Shown here one piece after another: positions 53,026-62,802 of a DNA stretch of 64,000 bases (position 1 is its first letter; each line of letters begins with the position of its first letter). Origin of the DNA: a virus. The position numbers and the translations under genes were made by a program. Location of the stretch: IMG/VR virus record IMGVR_UViG_3300037010_002464; one strand, 5' to 3'. The notes beneath the pieces were generated by a model that ran no database searches, was not told the DNA's origin, and was given only the letters and a program-made list of their open reading frames with translations.

Positions 53026-53156
53026 ATGGCTGACCCGAACGCTCCAACCCTCCCCGCGGCTTTGAAGAAGATCATGATGCCCATGATCAAGAAGGTCGTG
53101 CCGGCGTTCAGCCCATGTCGGCGCATGTGTCTTTGAGACATATGAGGATGTTTTGA
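53026..53156 (+). pseudogene. Micro-gene resembling the gp23 Gol-peptide region, with internal deletion/frameshift
   Basis: KIMMPMIKKVVP, then GVQPMS in another frame; TGTAAA-17-TATAAT promoter 7 nt upstream. Confidence 0.5.
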
Positions 53157-53210
53157 CAAAGTTCCAGCTCGCCGCTGGTTTCTAAGCTCTCCCACCAGGA
53201 ATCCGTCTCC

Positions 53211-53771
53211 ATGAAAGTCAACTTTCAACAGCTCGTCGGCGAGCTTAAACACCTGGGCGACAAGCCCCTGTTCATCGTGCTGGTGGGGGCGCCTGCTTCA
53301 GGTAAGTCGTCACTGATCAAGGTGCTGCAGGAGCTGTTTCATATCACCATCGGCAGCACAGATGACCAGATCGACGCCTATGCCCAGCTGAACAACCTGA
53401 CCTACAGCCAGGCGTTCGACAAGATTAACTTCAAGACGCTGAAGCGTTGCATGGAGGAGACCGTCTTGAGCGCCGTCAAGGATGGGCGCAACGTCATCAT
53501 CGACCAGACCAACATGACCCGCAAATCGCGGTCTGACAAGCTTAAGTGGGCTAAGCAGGGTGACGGCCACGTCACGGTCGCCGTTGACTTCGAAGTCGAC
53601 GACAAGGTCCTGCTGGAACGCTTGGACGCTCGGGCAAAGGCCACGGGCAAGAGCATCCCGCGCAGCATCGTCTTCTCAATGCTGAAGGGCCACCAGGCTC
53701 CGACTCGTGACGAAGGCTTTGACTACGTCTTCACTTTGAACCGCTTATTTGCGGTTGACTGCGTGGTCTGA
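53211..53771 (+). CDS. P-loop kinase (AAA_33 / polynucleotide-kinase-like)
   Basis: GAPASGKSS, STDD, IIDQTN..RKSR, R..R...K.IP, P...EGF. Confidence 0.8.
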   Translation: MKVNFQQLVGELKHLGDKPLFIVLVGAPASGKSSLIKVLQELFHITIGSTDDQIDAYAQLNNLTYSQAFDKINFKTLKRCMEETVLSAVKDGRNVIIDQTNMTRKSRSDKLKWAKQGDGHVTVAVDFEVDDKVLLERLDARAKATGKSIPRSIVFSMLKGHQAPTRDEGFDYVFTLNRLFAVDCVV

Positions 53772-53774
53772 GCA

Positions 53775-54152
53775 ATGGCTGACATCGCCGACGTAGCAGC
53801 CGCTATACAGCGGACCGAGTTTGCCGGCGAGATCGCCTACAAATTTGGGTCCCGCATTGAGGAGACAGGCATCGTCAAGACCGAGCTCTTCAGGATCGAG
53901 TACAACCAGCTGGTAGTTGTCAAGGTTCGCGAGTACACGGAGCGGCGCACGCACTACTGCGTTGCGGCTACTCTCTCTGAAGCCGACCTCCTGGCCTTGG
54001 CGCTCAACGTACGCTTCCTGATGTACGGAGGCGCGGCTATCGCTTTTGGCCTCTCGGCCCTCCTTGACCTGTCACGCAACACACGCTGGTTCCTCTGCGC
54101 CGTCTTCGCTTGTACAGCGGCTATCTTCAAGTACTATGAGCTTCATCCGTGA
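53775..54152 (+). CDS. Hypothetical membrane protein
   Basis: Two C-terminal hydrophobic segments. Confidence 0.45.
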   Translation: MADIADVAAAIQRTEFAGEIAYKFGSRIEETGIVKTELFRIEYNQLVVVKVREYTERRTHYCVAATLSEADLLALALNVRFLMYGGAAIAFGLSALLDLSRNTRWFLCAVFACTAAIFKYYELHP

Positions 54153-54363
54153 CCTTAAGCGCTGTGTCAAGGAAGCTTGGCAGGCGCGTGGCTACCACCC
54201 CTTCTGGCGGCACCTGAGCCTGCAATGGCGGTACCGCGAGTACGATGACGACACCTGTTGCTGTGGGTCATACATAGGACAAGGCGGCGAAATCTGCTAT
54301 CATAACGGCTGCCGTAGCCAAAAAGAATATACTATCACATCACACTTCGAAGATCGCAAATGA
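54136..54363 (+). CDS. Small Cys-rich hypothetical protein
   Basis: TCCCG...C...GC; coupled to the next gene. Confidence 0.5.
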   Translation: MSFIRDLKRCVKEAWQARGYHPFWRHLSLQWRYREYDDDTCCCGSYIGQGGEICYHNGCRSQKEYTITSHFEDRK

Positions 54364-54812
54364 AAAACGAGCTCCGCCTCTACACCTCTGACAAGTGGGA
54401 CTGGCGCGCCTTTGATGATCAGGTCAATGACTACTGTCAGATGACCGAACCTTGGCCCGAGAAGAACCGCTTGTACCTGAATGCTCAGCAGGTGATCGTG
54501 GACCGCGCCGAGGATGAAGGCTTGCAGGTCAACACGATGCTGCGGCGCGGTCAGCATGGCAACGTCATGCTGCTCGCCAGGATCGCAAAGCCAGGCAAGC
54601 GCACGGTCAAGCTCAAGCTGTTCATCGACCGACAACGCCCCAATGACCTCTACACCGGCGTCTACTACATGCCGCCTAGGCCCGAGGACACGCCCGGCGC
54701 TCTCGAAAAGCGGTTCAGGTTTGCCTCGCCTACCTCCCTCATGCGCCAAGTCGCTGAGGAGTTTGACGAAGCACCTCCTATGGACTTCTGCACCGTTATG
54801 GGATGGGACTGA
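54360..54812 (+). CDS. Hypothetical protein
   Basis: 150-aa ORF with phage-like codon bias. Confidence 0.6.
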   Translation: MKNELRLYTSDKWDWRAFDDQVNDYCQMTEPWPEKNRLYLNAQQVIVDRAEDEGLQVNTMLRRGQHGNVMLLARIAKPGKRTVKLKLFIDRQRPNDLYTGVYYMPPRPEDTPGALEKRFRFASPTSLMRQVAEEFDEAPPMDFCTVMGWD

Positions 54813-55095
54813 CATGTACACGGACGCTGACTTAAAATTCCTCAAGAAGGCCATTGTGTAAATTACAATGCATGACCAGCTCAAGGGTTCCCGGTCGACG
54901 ACATGTATAACATGTACCCCCAATGACTTTCTGCAGGCGGCTACTCAGCCGCCCCAGCTGCTCGCGCTCAATGAGCGAGTGAAGCTAGCTGAGGCGTCCA
55001 CCTGCAAAGCTAGGCTCAAGCTCTTGGGTCGCGCGATGACGCGCTGCCTCCTGCTCAGGTTCCCAATCAGGGACTGACTTCATAACTTTCATAAT

Positions 55096-55410
55096 GCTCA
55101 TAAGCGACGTCGGCCCGAAGCGCCGTTAAGTGGTAACCTCATCGGTGGTTGAACTTCAAGAAAGTCGTTAAAGGCTGAGGGGCCCTTTAGTCCGCAAGGA
55201 CTGAATGCTCTTTTCCCTGTGTCAGGCCCGGGGACGGCAGGCGTGTAGGCGCCGCCGATAAACAGCTATGTCAGAGCCATCTTGCAAATTGCGGTAGTCC
55301 GCAGCTGATAACTCGTAGCGCAGCACGTGAGTGGTGTCCGTGCGTAAGCGTTGCACCTACTATGGGACCTCATCAAGGCTCCTCCCATAGGCTTGTCCGT
55401 GCTCATGAGC
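55096..55410. ncRNA. Candidate ~315-nt structured non-coding RNA
   Basis: No ORF of 60 aa or more on either strand; several GC-rich hairpins including a GCAA tetraloop; complementary ends. Confidence 0.45.
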
Positions 55411-55439
55411 TGGCACTTATACAACAGGACAGGCGCTCT

Positions 55440-55908
55440 TCATCTGCTCTCGCTAAGCATATGGTGAAGACAAGGGCCTGACTCAGCGTGTAAACTGTGT
55501 TTGCTCTTCGGCTCATCGGTGCAAGGTGTGCCTATGATAGGCTTGGTTCTAGGCTTTGAAATAGCTGCTCGATGGGCATCTGAGATGGGACCACGCGGAC
55601 GGATCGAATTCGCCTCAGCAACTCTCTTACGATCCATGGCATAGATCCGACGGCTCATGCTTCCTTTCCTACCCTTGCTCAATGAGCACCACGGGGTAAG
55701 CGAGAGCATTGTGCTTTGGGTAGATGCGACGCAGCAGGCGATGGGCGAACAGATGCTCATCTGGAAGGAGGTCAACAAGGTTATCTCGCTGATCCGTACC
55801 ACCTACACATTTAGGAACAATGTGATGCCGTTCTAGGTACGTTCCAGATGGAAGGGTTCGATCCAACGCCCGTTGAACCAGCGCATCGTAGCATCTTTGA
55901 TAGTCCAT
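55440..55908 (-). pseudogene. HNH homing endonuclease, frameshifted near 55690
   Basis: MDYQRCYDALV...YLERHHIVPKCVGG...NLV.L...EH..AH.LL; NUMOD-like ISDAHRAAISK; TAAATA 5 nt upstream. Confidence 0.75.
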
Positions 55909-55982
55909 ATGACTATTTAGCTGTTTACAAAGAGCCTAGTCTTGGATGTACAATCCATCATCCGAACCGACTGAGGTGAAAC

Positions 55983-56183
55983 ATGAGCAAGCTGAAGCTG
56001 TACCTGTTGCGTTGGATCTTGAAGGACGCGGTCTTCGAGCGTGACCTGAAGCGCGTCTTCACCATCGTTTTCGAAGAAGCGCAAGCCACCTACTACGAGG
56101 ACAATCAGCCGACGCTCTTGTCCTACGTTACCGAGCAATATGACGCTGCAGCTGCAGCAGCTCAGGCTTATGTCAACGCTTGA
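55983..56183 (+). CDS. Early hypothetical protein
   Basis: GAGGT SD; GTTTACA...TACAAT promoter near 55923-55954. Confidence 0.6.
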   Translation: MSKLKLYLLRWILKDAVFERDLKRVFTIVFEEAQATYYEDNQPTLLSYVTEQYDAAAAAAQAYVNA

Positions 56184-56373
56184 AGCTGAAGTGAACACGG
56201 TAACAGTTAAGCGAGCTGAGCTGTCCACGCTTCGCATGACAGCAGGCAACGAGAAGCGCTACCCGTTGGTCATCCTCGACGGCGTTGTCAAGGAGTGGAT
56301 CGGCTTCGGCTGGATCAATCTTCGTGACGCCGACGAAACGGACTTCAACAATCTTCCCGTAGTCGAGGACTGA
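56170..56373 (+). CDS. Hypothetical protein
   Basis: ORF in the early operon. Confidence 0.55.
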   Translation: MSTLEAEVNTVTVKRAELSTLRMTAGNEKRYPLVILDGVVKEWIGFGWINLRDADETDFNNLPVVED

Positions 56374-56376
56374 GCA

Positions 56377-56622
56377 ATGACTCTCGAGCTCAACAAGATC
56401 AAGCGCTCCATGCACATGGAGGTGTTGCAGTCCTTCAAGGACATGCTCGACCACATGCAAGAAGCAGCCGAGTGCACGCTTAACCACGAGCTGATGGCTA
56501 AGGTTGACCGCTACATCGGCCAGTGGAACCGGATAACCGGTGACAGCCGGCAATCACCATGGGTCAAGTGGGAGGCCGAGCAAGGTAAGCAGCTCGCTTC
56601 GTCAACATTTGATTGTGACTAA
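56377..56622 (+). CDS. Hypothetical protein
   Basis: ORF in the early operon. Confidence 0.55.
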   Translation: MTLELNKIKRSMHMEVLQSFKDMLDHMQEAAECTLNHELMAKVDRYIGQWNRITGDSRQSPWVKWEAEQGKQLASSTFDCD

Positions 56623-56724
56623 CAACTAGAAAGAGGGAACACATGAAAGAATTCTGGAACTCACCGTGGACATGGGTTGGCATCGCTGGCCTGATCATCC
56701 TGTTCGCTGTTGCTCAGGTGGTGT

Positions 56725-56994
56725 ATGCACCTGCACCCTGACGCGCCAATCGAACCTGATGCCGTTCCGGTCGCTGGACCTGGCATCGCGGTCTTCTCCT
56801 TGGACGAGACCGACACGCCGCACGTGCATCTTCTGGGTCCGACTAAGCTGTTGCTCGCGCTGACCTACGCTGAGACTCTTCGCAAGGCGGGCCGTCGGCA
56901 CGTGACCATCTCAACTGAGCTCGCCGAATCGGTGGGCAAGCCTGGCGTCGCTGAGGTACTGCCGGGCTATGACTGGAAGAAGCGCCACGTATGA
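56725..56994 (+). CDS. Hypothetical protein
   Basis: Ends SVGKPGV...YDWKKR; coupled to the next gene. Confidence 0.5.
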   Translation: MHLHPDAPIEPDAVPVAGPGIAVFSLDETDTPHVHLLGPTKLLLALTYAETLRKAGRRHVTISTELAESVGKPGVAEVLPGYDWKKRHV

Positions 56995-57422
56995 AGAACG
57001 CTTACCTGACCAAGCATGCTCAACAACGTCTGCGGGAAAGGCATGATCGTCACCTCCTGCCGTACAACGATGAGGCTTCCTTCCTGTACAGCTGCCTCGA
57101 GCTGTTCAACGGACGTGCTACGGAGACCAATCGGCACCTCAATGACACGGCGTTGATGCTGCACCTACGGGAGCAGTACGGCTACGAGCACAACTACACC
57201 TTTCGGGTCTACGAGAACGCGCTATTTGTGATCGTGGATACCTCGTGCGTGACGGTGTTGGACACGGACATCCACAGCTACAGCCGGCAGTTCAACGCAC
57301 CTGCGGCTGCGCCTACTGGCCGGACGGTCAAGCGCCGGTTGCCGGACAGCAAGTTTTCACGAGTTCAGCTGCGCAGCACGGTTGAGCGGTCACAACGGTA
57401 CATCGAAGAGGATGCCATGTGA
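56991..57422 (+). CDS. Hypothetical protein with LTKHAQQRLRER start (RelE-like/DUF4258-type motif)
   Basis: T.HA..R..ER...VTV motif. Confidence 0.5.
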   Translation: MKNAYLTKHAQQRLRERHDRHLLPYNDEASFLYSCLELFNGRATETNRHLNDTALMLHLREQYGYEHNYTFRVYENALFVIVDTSCVTVLDTDIHSYSRQFNAPAAAPTGRTVKRRLPDSKFSRVQLRSTVERSQRYIEEDAM

Positions 57423-57696
57423 GAGTTCATCAACGGTGCTTCTACGGCTCCGTCAGCAACACCATGCTTGGCTTGATGGAGGCCACTCGACGCCTCTATA
57501 GCCCAGTGCTTGACGGCCAAGGCTGGACCGGTCGGCGAGTCACGGGCTACAAGCTGCCAACCTGGCAACGGCCCGAAGTGTGGACCGACGAGCCCTGGGA
57601 TACCATGAGGATTGAGAAGATGTGATATAATGTGCCGTCAAGCGGCTGGCTCAGGTTGGCTATAAATACACGCTTAATTACCTTTTATAATGGTTT

Positions 57697-59661
57697 ATGA
57701 GCAAGTCAATCGAACAAAAGTTTAAGCGGTTAACCGACGTTGAGCACGTGCTGCTCCGCCCCGGGCGATACATCGGCTCGGTCAAGCCCCACACTGCCAA
57801 CACTTACCTCGCCGACATCGCGCTCGGTTACGACAATCCGAAGATGCTTCTCAAGGAGGTGACCTGGAACCCAGGCCTCCTCAAGCTCTTCGACGAGGTC
57901 ATCTCCAACTCAGTCGACCACAGCAAACGACCTGAGGGCAAGCATCTCGACACGATCAAGGTCGACATCGACCAAACAACGGGCGTCATCTCGGTCTGGG
58001 ACAACGGCGGCATGCCGGTCATCAAGCACAGCGAGTATGACGAGTACATCCCGACCTTGGTGCTCGGCTACCTGCGGTCCGGCTCCAACTTCGATGACAC
58101 TGAAGACACCGATGTCACCGGCCAAAACGGTGAAGGCGCCTCGCTTACCAACATCTTCAGTACAAAGTTCGTTATTGAGACGTGCGACGGCAAGAAGGTC
58201 TTCAAGCAGATCTTCTCGAAGAACATGATGGAGAAGACCAAGCCCTCCATCATCGAGCTGGAAGGCCCAGGCTACACCCGCATCACTTACGCGCCCGACT
58301 ACGCCCACTTGGACACCAGCCTGGACGAAGGCAACTACGCCAAGCTGATGAAGCGGGTCTATGACGTGGCAGGCTGCAACCCGCATCTGAAGGTGTACTT
58401 CAACGGCCGTCGCTGCCGCATCGACTCCTTCAAGGACTACGTCAAGCTCTACACCGACCTGTTCGAGTATGACGAGTCGCCTGACTGGCAGGTCGCCATC
58501 GCGGCCTCCGATGAAGGCTTCAAGCAGATCAGCTTTGTCAACGCCACAGAGACGGTGATCGGCGGCACGCACATCGACTACGTCATTGACCAGGTCATCG
58601 ACAAGCTGCGGGCCTACTTCAAGACCAAGCACAAGGTCGATGTCAAGCCGGCTGAGATCAAGCAGCACATGAAGCTGTTTGTCAACGCCCGCATCATCAA
58701 GCCTCGCTACGACTCGCAGACCAAGGAGAACTTGATCACCGAGCCGAAGGAGTACAAGACGGTCTACAAGGCCTCCGAGAAGCTGATCCAACGCTTGCTC
58801 AAGTCTGAGATCATCCAGCGCGTGTTGGACTGGGTCGAAGCCAAGGCGCTCGCTCGCGAGATGCAGGATGTCCGAGACAAGAACAAGAACCTGGACAAGA
58901 CCAACCCGAAGCGGATCCTCAAGCTCGAGGACGCCAACTTGGCTGGCAAGAAGCCTGAGCTGTGCTACTTGTTCATCGCCGAAGGTGACTCTGCCAAGAG
59001 CGCCATCGTGTCGGGCCGCGACGCCAAGACCATGGGCGCGCTCGCTCTTCGAGGCAAGCCTCAGAACGCCAACTCGGTCACGTTGAAGAAGCTGCTGGGC
59101 ATCGAGGAGAAGGACAAGGAGGCCAAGCGCAAGGAGGAGACCGAGTTCGTCAACATCTGTGCGGCTATGGGCCTCCAGGTTGGAGTACCTGTCAAGTCCG
59201 TCAAGGACCTGCGCTACGGCCACCTGGTCATCACCACTGACGCCGACGTCGACGGCTCGCACATCGCGGGCATCATGTGCAGCAACCTCCACAAGTTCTG
59301 GCCTGAGCTGTTCACCCTCGGCGTCATCCATCGGTTCTACACCCCGATGATCAAGATCTGGCTGAAGGGCAACAACAAGGAACCGGTCTCCTTTGACAAC
59401 CAGGACGAGTATGATCAGTGGGTCAAGAAGCCTGGCAACGCTGACAAGGTCAAAAACTTCAAGTACTACAAAGGCCTGGGCACCTCATCGCCTGAGGAGT
59501 TCGAAGAGTACTTGTCCGACCTGCCCAAGCACTTGGTCAGGCTCGAGGTTAACAGCAAGGCGGACGGCGACATCATCAACTTGGTGTTTGGCAAGGAGGA
59601 CGGCTCTTCAGATCGTCGAAAAGTCTGGCTCGACTTGAGCGTAGACGCAATCGTGATCTAA
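57697..59661 (+). CDS. DNA topoisomerase II large subunit (fused T4 gp39+gp60 type)
   Basis: EHVLLRP..YIGS, FDEVISNSVD, GSNFDD, GQNGEG, AEGDSA, LRGK, DADVDGSHI, YYKGLGT. Confidence 0.96.
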   Translation: MSKSIEQKFKRLTDVEHVLLRPGRYIGSVKPHTANTYLADIALGYDNPKMLLKEVTWNPGLLKLFDEVISNSVDHSKRPEGKHLDTIKVDIDQTTGVISVWDNGGMPVIKHSEYDEYIPTLVLGYLRSGSNFDDTEDTDVTGQNGEGASLTNIFSTKFVIETCDGKKVFKQIFSKNMMEKTKPSIIELEGPGYTRITYAPDYAHLDTSLDEGNYAKLMKRVYDVAGCNPHLKVYFNGRRCRIDSFKDYVKLYTDLFEYDESPDWQVAIAASDEGFKQISFVNATETVIGGTHIDYVIDQVIDKLRAYFKTKHKVDVKPAEIKQHMKLFVNARIIKPRYDSQTKENLITEPKEYKTVYKASEKLIQRLLKSEIIQRVLDWVEAKALAREMQDVRDKNKNLDKTNPKRILKLEDANLAGKKPELCYLFIAEGDSAKSAIVSGRDAKTMGALALRGKPQNANSVTLKKLLGIEEKDKEAKRKEETEFVNICAAMGLQVGVPVKSVKDLRYGHLVITTDADVDGSHIAGIMCSNLHKFWPELFTLGVIHRFYTPMIKIWLKGNNKEPVSFDNQDEYDQWVKKPGNADKVKNFKYYKGLGTSSPEEFEEYLSDLPKHLVRLEVNSKADGDIINLVFGKEDGSSDRRKVWLDLSVDAIVI

Positions 59662-59671
59662 GGAGACAGCC

Positions 59672-61063
59672 ATGGCAACTAAGCACATCAACATCGAACA
59701 ATTCTTTGGCACCGACGTCCGTGAGTACTCGGTCCACGCCAACGTCCGCGCCATCCCCGACCTGATTGACGGCTTCAAGCCCTCACAGCGCAAGGTCATC
59801 TTCGGCACGCTGAAGAAGGCGAGCACCATCCCCGAGACCGGCATCAAGGTCTCCCAGCTCGCGGCCGCTATCGCGCTCGTCTCTGCATACCACCACGGCG
59901 AGGCCTCGCTCGAGTCGACCATCGTCAAGCTGGCTCAGGACTACCCAGGCGCCAACAACCTCAACTACCTGATGCCCATCGGGCAGTTCGGGTCACGGCT
60001 GTCCGACGCCAACGCCGCAACACGCTACATCTTCACCAACCTCGAGCCCTGCTTCCGCAAGCTCTTCAAGCGTGACGATGACCTGATCCTCAAGTACCTG
60101 ACTGAAGATGAGGAGGAGATCGAGCCTGAGCGCTACCTGCCGATCCTGCCTAACGTGCTGGTTAACGGCGCCAACGGCATGGGCACAGGCTTCGCGACCA
60201 ACATCTTCCCGTACAACCCGGAGGACCTCCGCAAGTACATCACGGACAAGCTGAAGACCGGCAAGACCAGCGTCAAGCTGGTTCCCTGGTTCCGCGGCTA
60301 CACAGGCAAAGTTGAGCGCCTCGCGACGGGCCAAGTGCAATGCACCGGCAGGTTCGAGAAGGAGGCTTCGACCAAGATCGTGGTCACCGAGCTGCCGATC
60401 GGCGTTCAGCATGACGCCTACAAGGAGGTGCTGTTTGGCCTGCAGGATCTGGAGCTGATTAAGGGCTTCGAGAGCGAATCCACGGTCAACGGCTTCCGCT
60501 TTGTCCTGGACGTGCCCCGTACCACTGGCTACATGACGGACGCTGAGCTGCTGCTCAAGCTGAAGCTGATCTCGAAGAACACCGAGAACCTGACCGTTTG
60601 GCTGCCGAGCGGCAAGCTCAAGTGCTTCAAGACGCCGGAGGCTCTGGTAGACGCCTTCCTCGAGTACCGTCTCGAGCGCTACGAAGACCGGCGCCAGGCT
60701 CGCATCGCTGAGCTGCAGGCTAGGCTCGAGCTGATGAACGAGAAGGTGCGCTTCATCGAGATGTACCTGACTGACGGCATGGCAGGCGCCTTCTCGAAGA
60801 TGAAGAAGGTTGACCTCGAGCAGTTCCTGACGGCCGAAGGTTTCAAGCATGTCACGGACCTGCTCGACATCAAGATCTACAACCTGACCCAGGACAACAT
60901 CGACAAGCTGTTGGCCGAAGTGCAGCTCCAGCTCCAGCTGATTGACTTCTTCAAGAAGAGCACCAAGGAGTCCCTCTACTTGAAGGACCTTCAAGACTTG
61001 GACCTGAAGGATGACCTCAAGCCTAGGCTGAAGGTCCTCAAGGACAAGAAGAAGGGCAAGTGA
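59672..61063 (+). CDS. DNA topoisomerase II medium subunit (gp52)
   Basis: RAIP..IDGFKPSQRK, YHHGE, G.FGSR, AATRY, LVNG..G.GTG. Confidence 0.96.
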   Translation: MATKHINIEQFFGTDVREYSVHANVRAIPDLIDGFKPSQRKVIFGTLKKASTIPETGIKVSQLAAAIALVSAYHHGEASLESTIVKLAQDYPGANNLNYLMPIGQFGSRLSDANAATRYIFTNLEPCFRKLFKRDDDLILKYLTEDEEEIEPERYLPILPNVLVNGANGMGTGFATNIFPYNPEDLRKYITDKLKTGKTSVKLVPWFRGYTGKVERLATGQVQCTGRFEKEASTKIVVTELPIGVQHDAYKEVLFGLQDLELIKGFESESTVNGFRFVLDVPRTTGYMTDAELLLKLKLISKNTENLTVWLPSGKLKCFKTPEALVDAFLEYRLERYEDRRQARIAELQARLELMNEKVRFIEMYLTDGMAGAFSKMKKVDLEQFLTAEGFKHVTDLLDIKIYNLTQDNIDKLLAEVQLQLQLIDFFKKSTKESLYLKDLQDLDLKDDLKPRLKVLKDKKKGK

Positions 61064-61230
61064 TGAAGCAGCGCTGTGACCTCCCGCCTAAGGGCCAGAC
61101 GTGCGGCCGGCTGCCTGGCCATCCAGGGCCGTGTGCCGCCCGGCCAGACACGCTTTGGCTCAAGCTCAAGTGGTGGATCCTGACCTTCCGTTAATTGCTT
61201 GAGTGCGCAGCAAGGCCGTATAATCACGGC

Positions 61231-61470
61231 ATGCTGTTCATCATCTTTAACGCCCTCATGGTCGGCTGCCTAGTCCTCGCCCTATTCCACGGGTGGAGGT
61301 ACTGGGATGATAAGCAGGAGCACGCCATCAGCGCGTTCATTGCGGTCATCTCAGGCAGCGTCTTCTCATTCTATGTCATCGCGTTAGGGATCACGACAGC
61401 AGGCTCCGCTTTGCTGGAGGGCTTCAGGCTCTCTGTCAGCGCCGTTAAGGCGCTGTTCACTCACCTCTAA
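61231..61470 (+). CDS. Small membrane protein
   Basis: Two hydrophobic helices; TATAAT 6 nt before the ATG. Confidence 0.55.
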   Translation: MLFIIFNALMVGCLVLALFHGWRYWDDKQEHAISAFIAVISGSVFSFYVIALGITTAGSALLEGFRLSVSAVKALFTHL

Positions 61471-61476
61471 CACTTC

Positions 61477-62046
61477 ATGATCATCGGGATCCACGGCCCG
61501 CTTAACGCCGGCAAAGACACTGTAGCTGACATTATCCAAGAGCTACGGCCCAACAAGTACAAGCGCTACGCCTTTGCAAGTCCGCTGAAGCGGGCGTCCA
61601 AGGAGCTCTTCGGCTTCACCGATCAGCAGCTCGAAGACCGTGTCCTCAAAGAGGCCGTTGACCCGTTCTGGGGCTTCACGCCGCGCAAGGCTTTGCAGCT
61701 CCTCGGCACCGAGTACGGGCGAGACATGATGTGCAAGGACATCTGGATTAAACGCGCACAGCTCGAGATCACCAAGAACCAAGCCGCCGGCTTTGACACG
61801 ATCATCACCGACGTGCGGTTTGAGAACGAGGCTGAGTGGATCCGCTCGCGCGATGACGCTGTGCTAATCTACATCGAGGTGCCCAACCTGGTCAAGGATG
61901 GTGAGCGCTACGCGCACGCCTCCGAAGTAGGCATCACGCATGCGGCGACCGACATCAATCTGGTCAATGACAAGAGCAAAGGCTTCGACCCGCTCTACGC
62001 AAGCATCCACGAGATCCTGCAAAAGTTGTTGCCGCAAGGGATCTGA
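61477..62046 (+). CDS. Deoxynucleoside monophosphate kinase (T4 gp1-like)
   Basis: G...AGKDT, FASPLK, TPR..LQ..GTE.GR, ITDVRFENE, HASE. Confidence 0.92.
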   Translation: MIIGIHGPLNAGKDTVADIIQELRPNKYKRYAFASPLKRASKELFGFTDQQLEDRVLKEAVDPFWGFTPRKALQLLGTEYGRDMMCKDIWIKRAQLEITKNQAAGFDTIITDVRFENEAEWIRSRDDAVLIYIEVPNLVKDGERYAHASEVGITHAATDINLVNDKSKGFDPLYASIHEILQKLLPQGI

Positions 62047-62100
62047 TGTTTTACAATGGTTTGGCTTTAAGATAGAATCCCGATGCAAAACGGAGGTCCT

Positions 62101-62433
62101 ATGTCAGTCAAGCCCATCTCGCCGCAGAAGGCCCAGGAGGCCAAAGCGTTCTCGATCCCCGAGTACGTGATTGCGGCTGTCAACGAGCTGCTCGTTAAGA
62201 AGGTCCACCCGACCGCTAACGTGCAGCATGTCGTGTTGAAGCAAGATACGGTGGTTGAGGCCATCATCGCAAAGGCCGCTGAAGGCGGCCTCGATGTCAC
62301 CGCACAGTATCTGTTCGACGAGCACTACCTTGATTTCGAAGCGCTCTTCAGCTCCGCTGGCTGGAGGGTCGTGTACGACAAGCCTGGCTACAACGAGTCC
62401 TACGAAGCCTTCTGGAAGTTTGATTCCAAGTAG
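62101..62433 (+). CDS. Phage hypothetical protein
   Basis: GGAGG SD; IPEYVI.AVN.LL...GW.V.YDKPGYNESYEA; TTTACA-17-TAGAAT promoter upstream. Confidence 0.7.
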   Translation: MSVKPISPQKAQEAKAFSIPEYVIAAVNELLVKKVHPTANVQHVVLKQDTVVEAIIAKAAEGGLDVTAQYLFDEHYLDFEALFSSAGWRVVYDKPGYNESYEAFWKFDSK

Positions 62434-62508
62434 TCTTGCTGGTTTTATACTGAAGCCGAATAGGTGTACAATCATTCTATCGGCAACAGTGATACTTAGG
62501 AGAACGGC

Positions 62509-62769
62509 ATGGCAGTTGACGCAACGGTTCACGTGATCGGCGCTGTTGAGTACGGCCTGGCAAAGAAGTTCACAATGACTTTCGCGGCAAAGCCCGAAAC
62601 CGATGACCTCCTTCGTATGCGGATCCGCATCGGCCACAAGGTGCACGGCTTCAACTTCCGAGTGGGTGCCGTTTGGCATGAAAGCAACGGCGATGCCAAT
62701 GCAGCTTTGATTGTCAACATAGCGCTGACGTCGCTCTTCAACCCAGCAGCCGAGCCTTCGGCCGTCTGA
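62509..62769 (+). CDS. Hypothetical protein
   Basis: AGGAG SD; TTTATA-17-TACAAT promoter upstream. Confidence 0.55.
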   Translation: MAVDATVHVIGAVEYGLAKKFTMTFAAKPETDDLLRMRIRIGHKVHGFNFRVGAVWHESNGDANAALIVNIALTSLFNPAAEPSAV

Positions 62770-62802
62770 TCTTCCACCAATTAGCTAACGCAGAAGGCAG
62801 CT

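Noticed and set aside
55280-55400. Group I intron (AAATTGCGG...CCGCAGC resembles P4)
   Set aside because: No recognisable P7 (GACUA/UAGUC) pairing in the right order and no interrupted host gene
57697-59661. T4 gene 60-style ribosomal bypass or split topoisomerase
   Set aside because: ATPase and TOPRIM parts are in one continuous ORF
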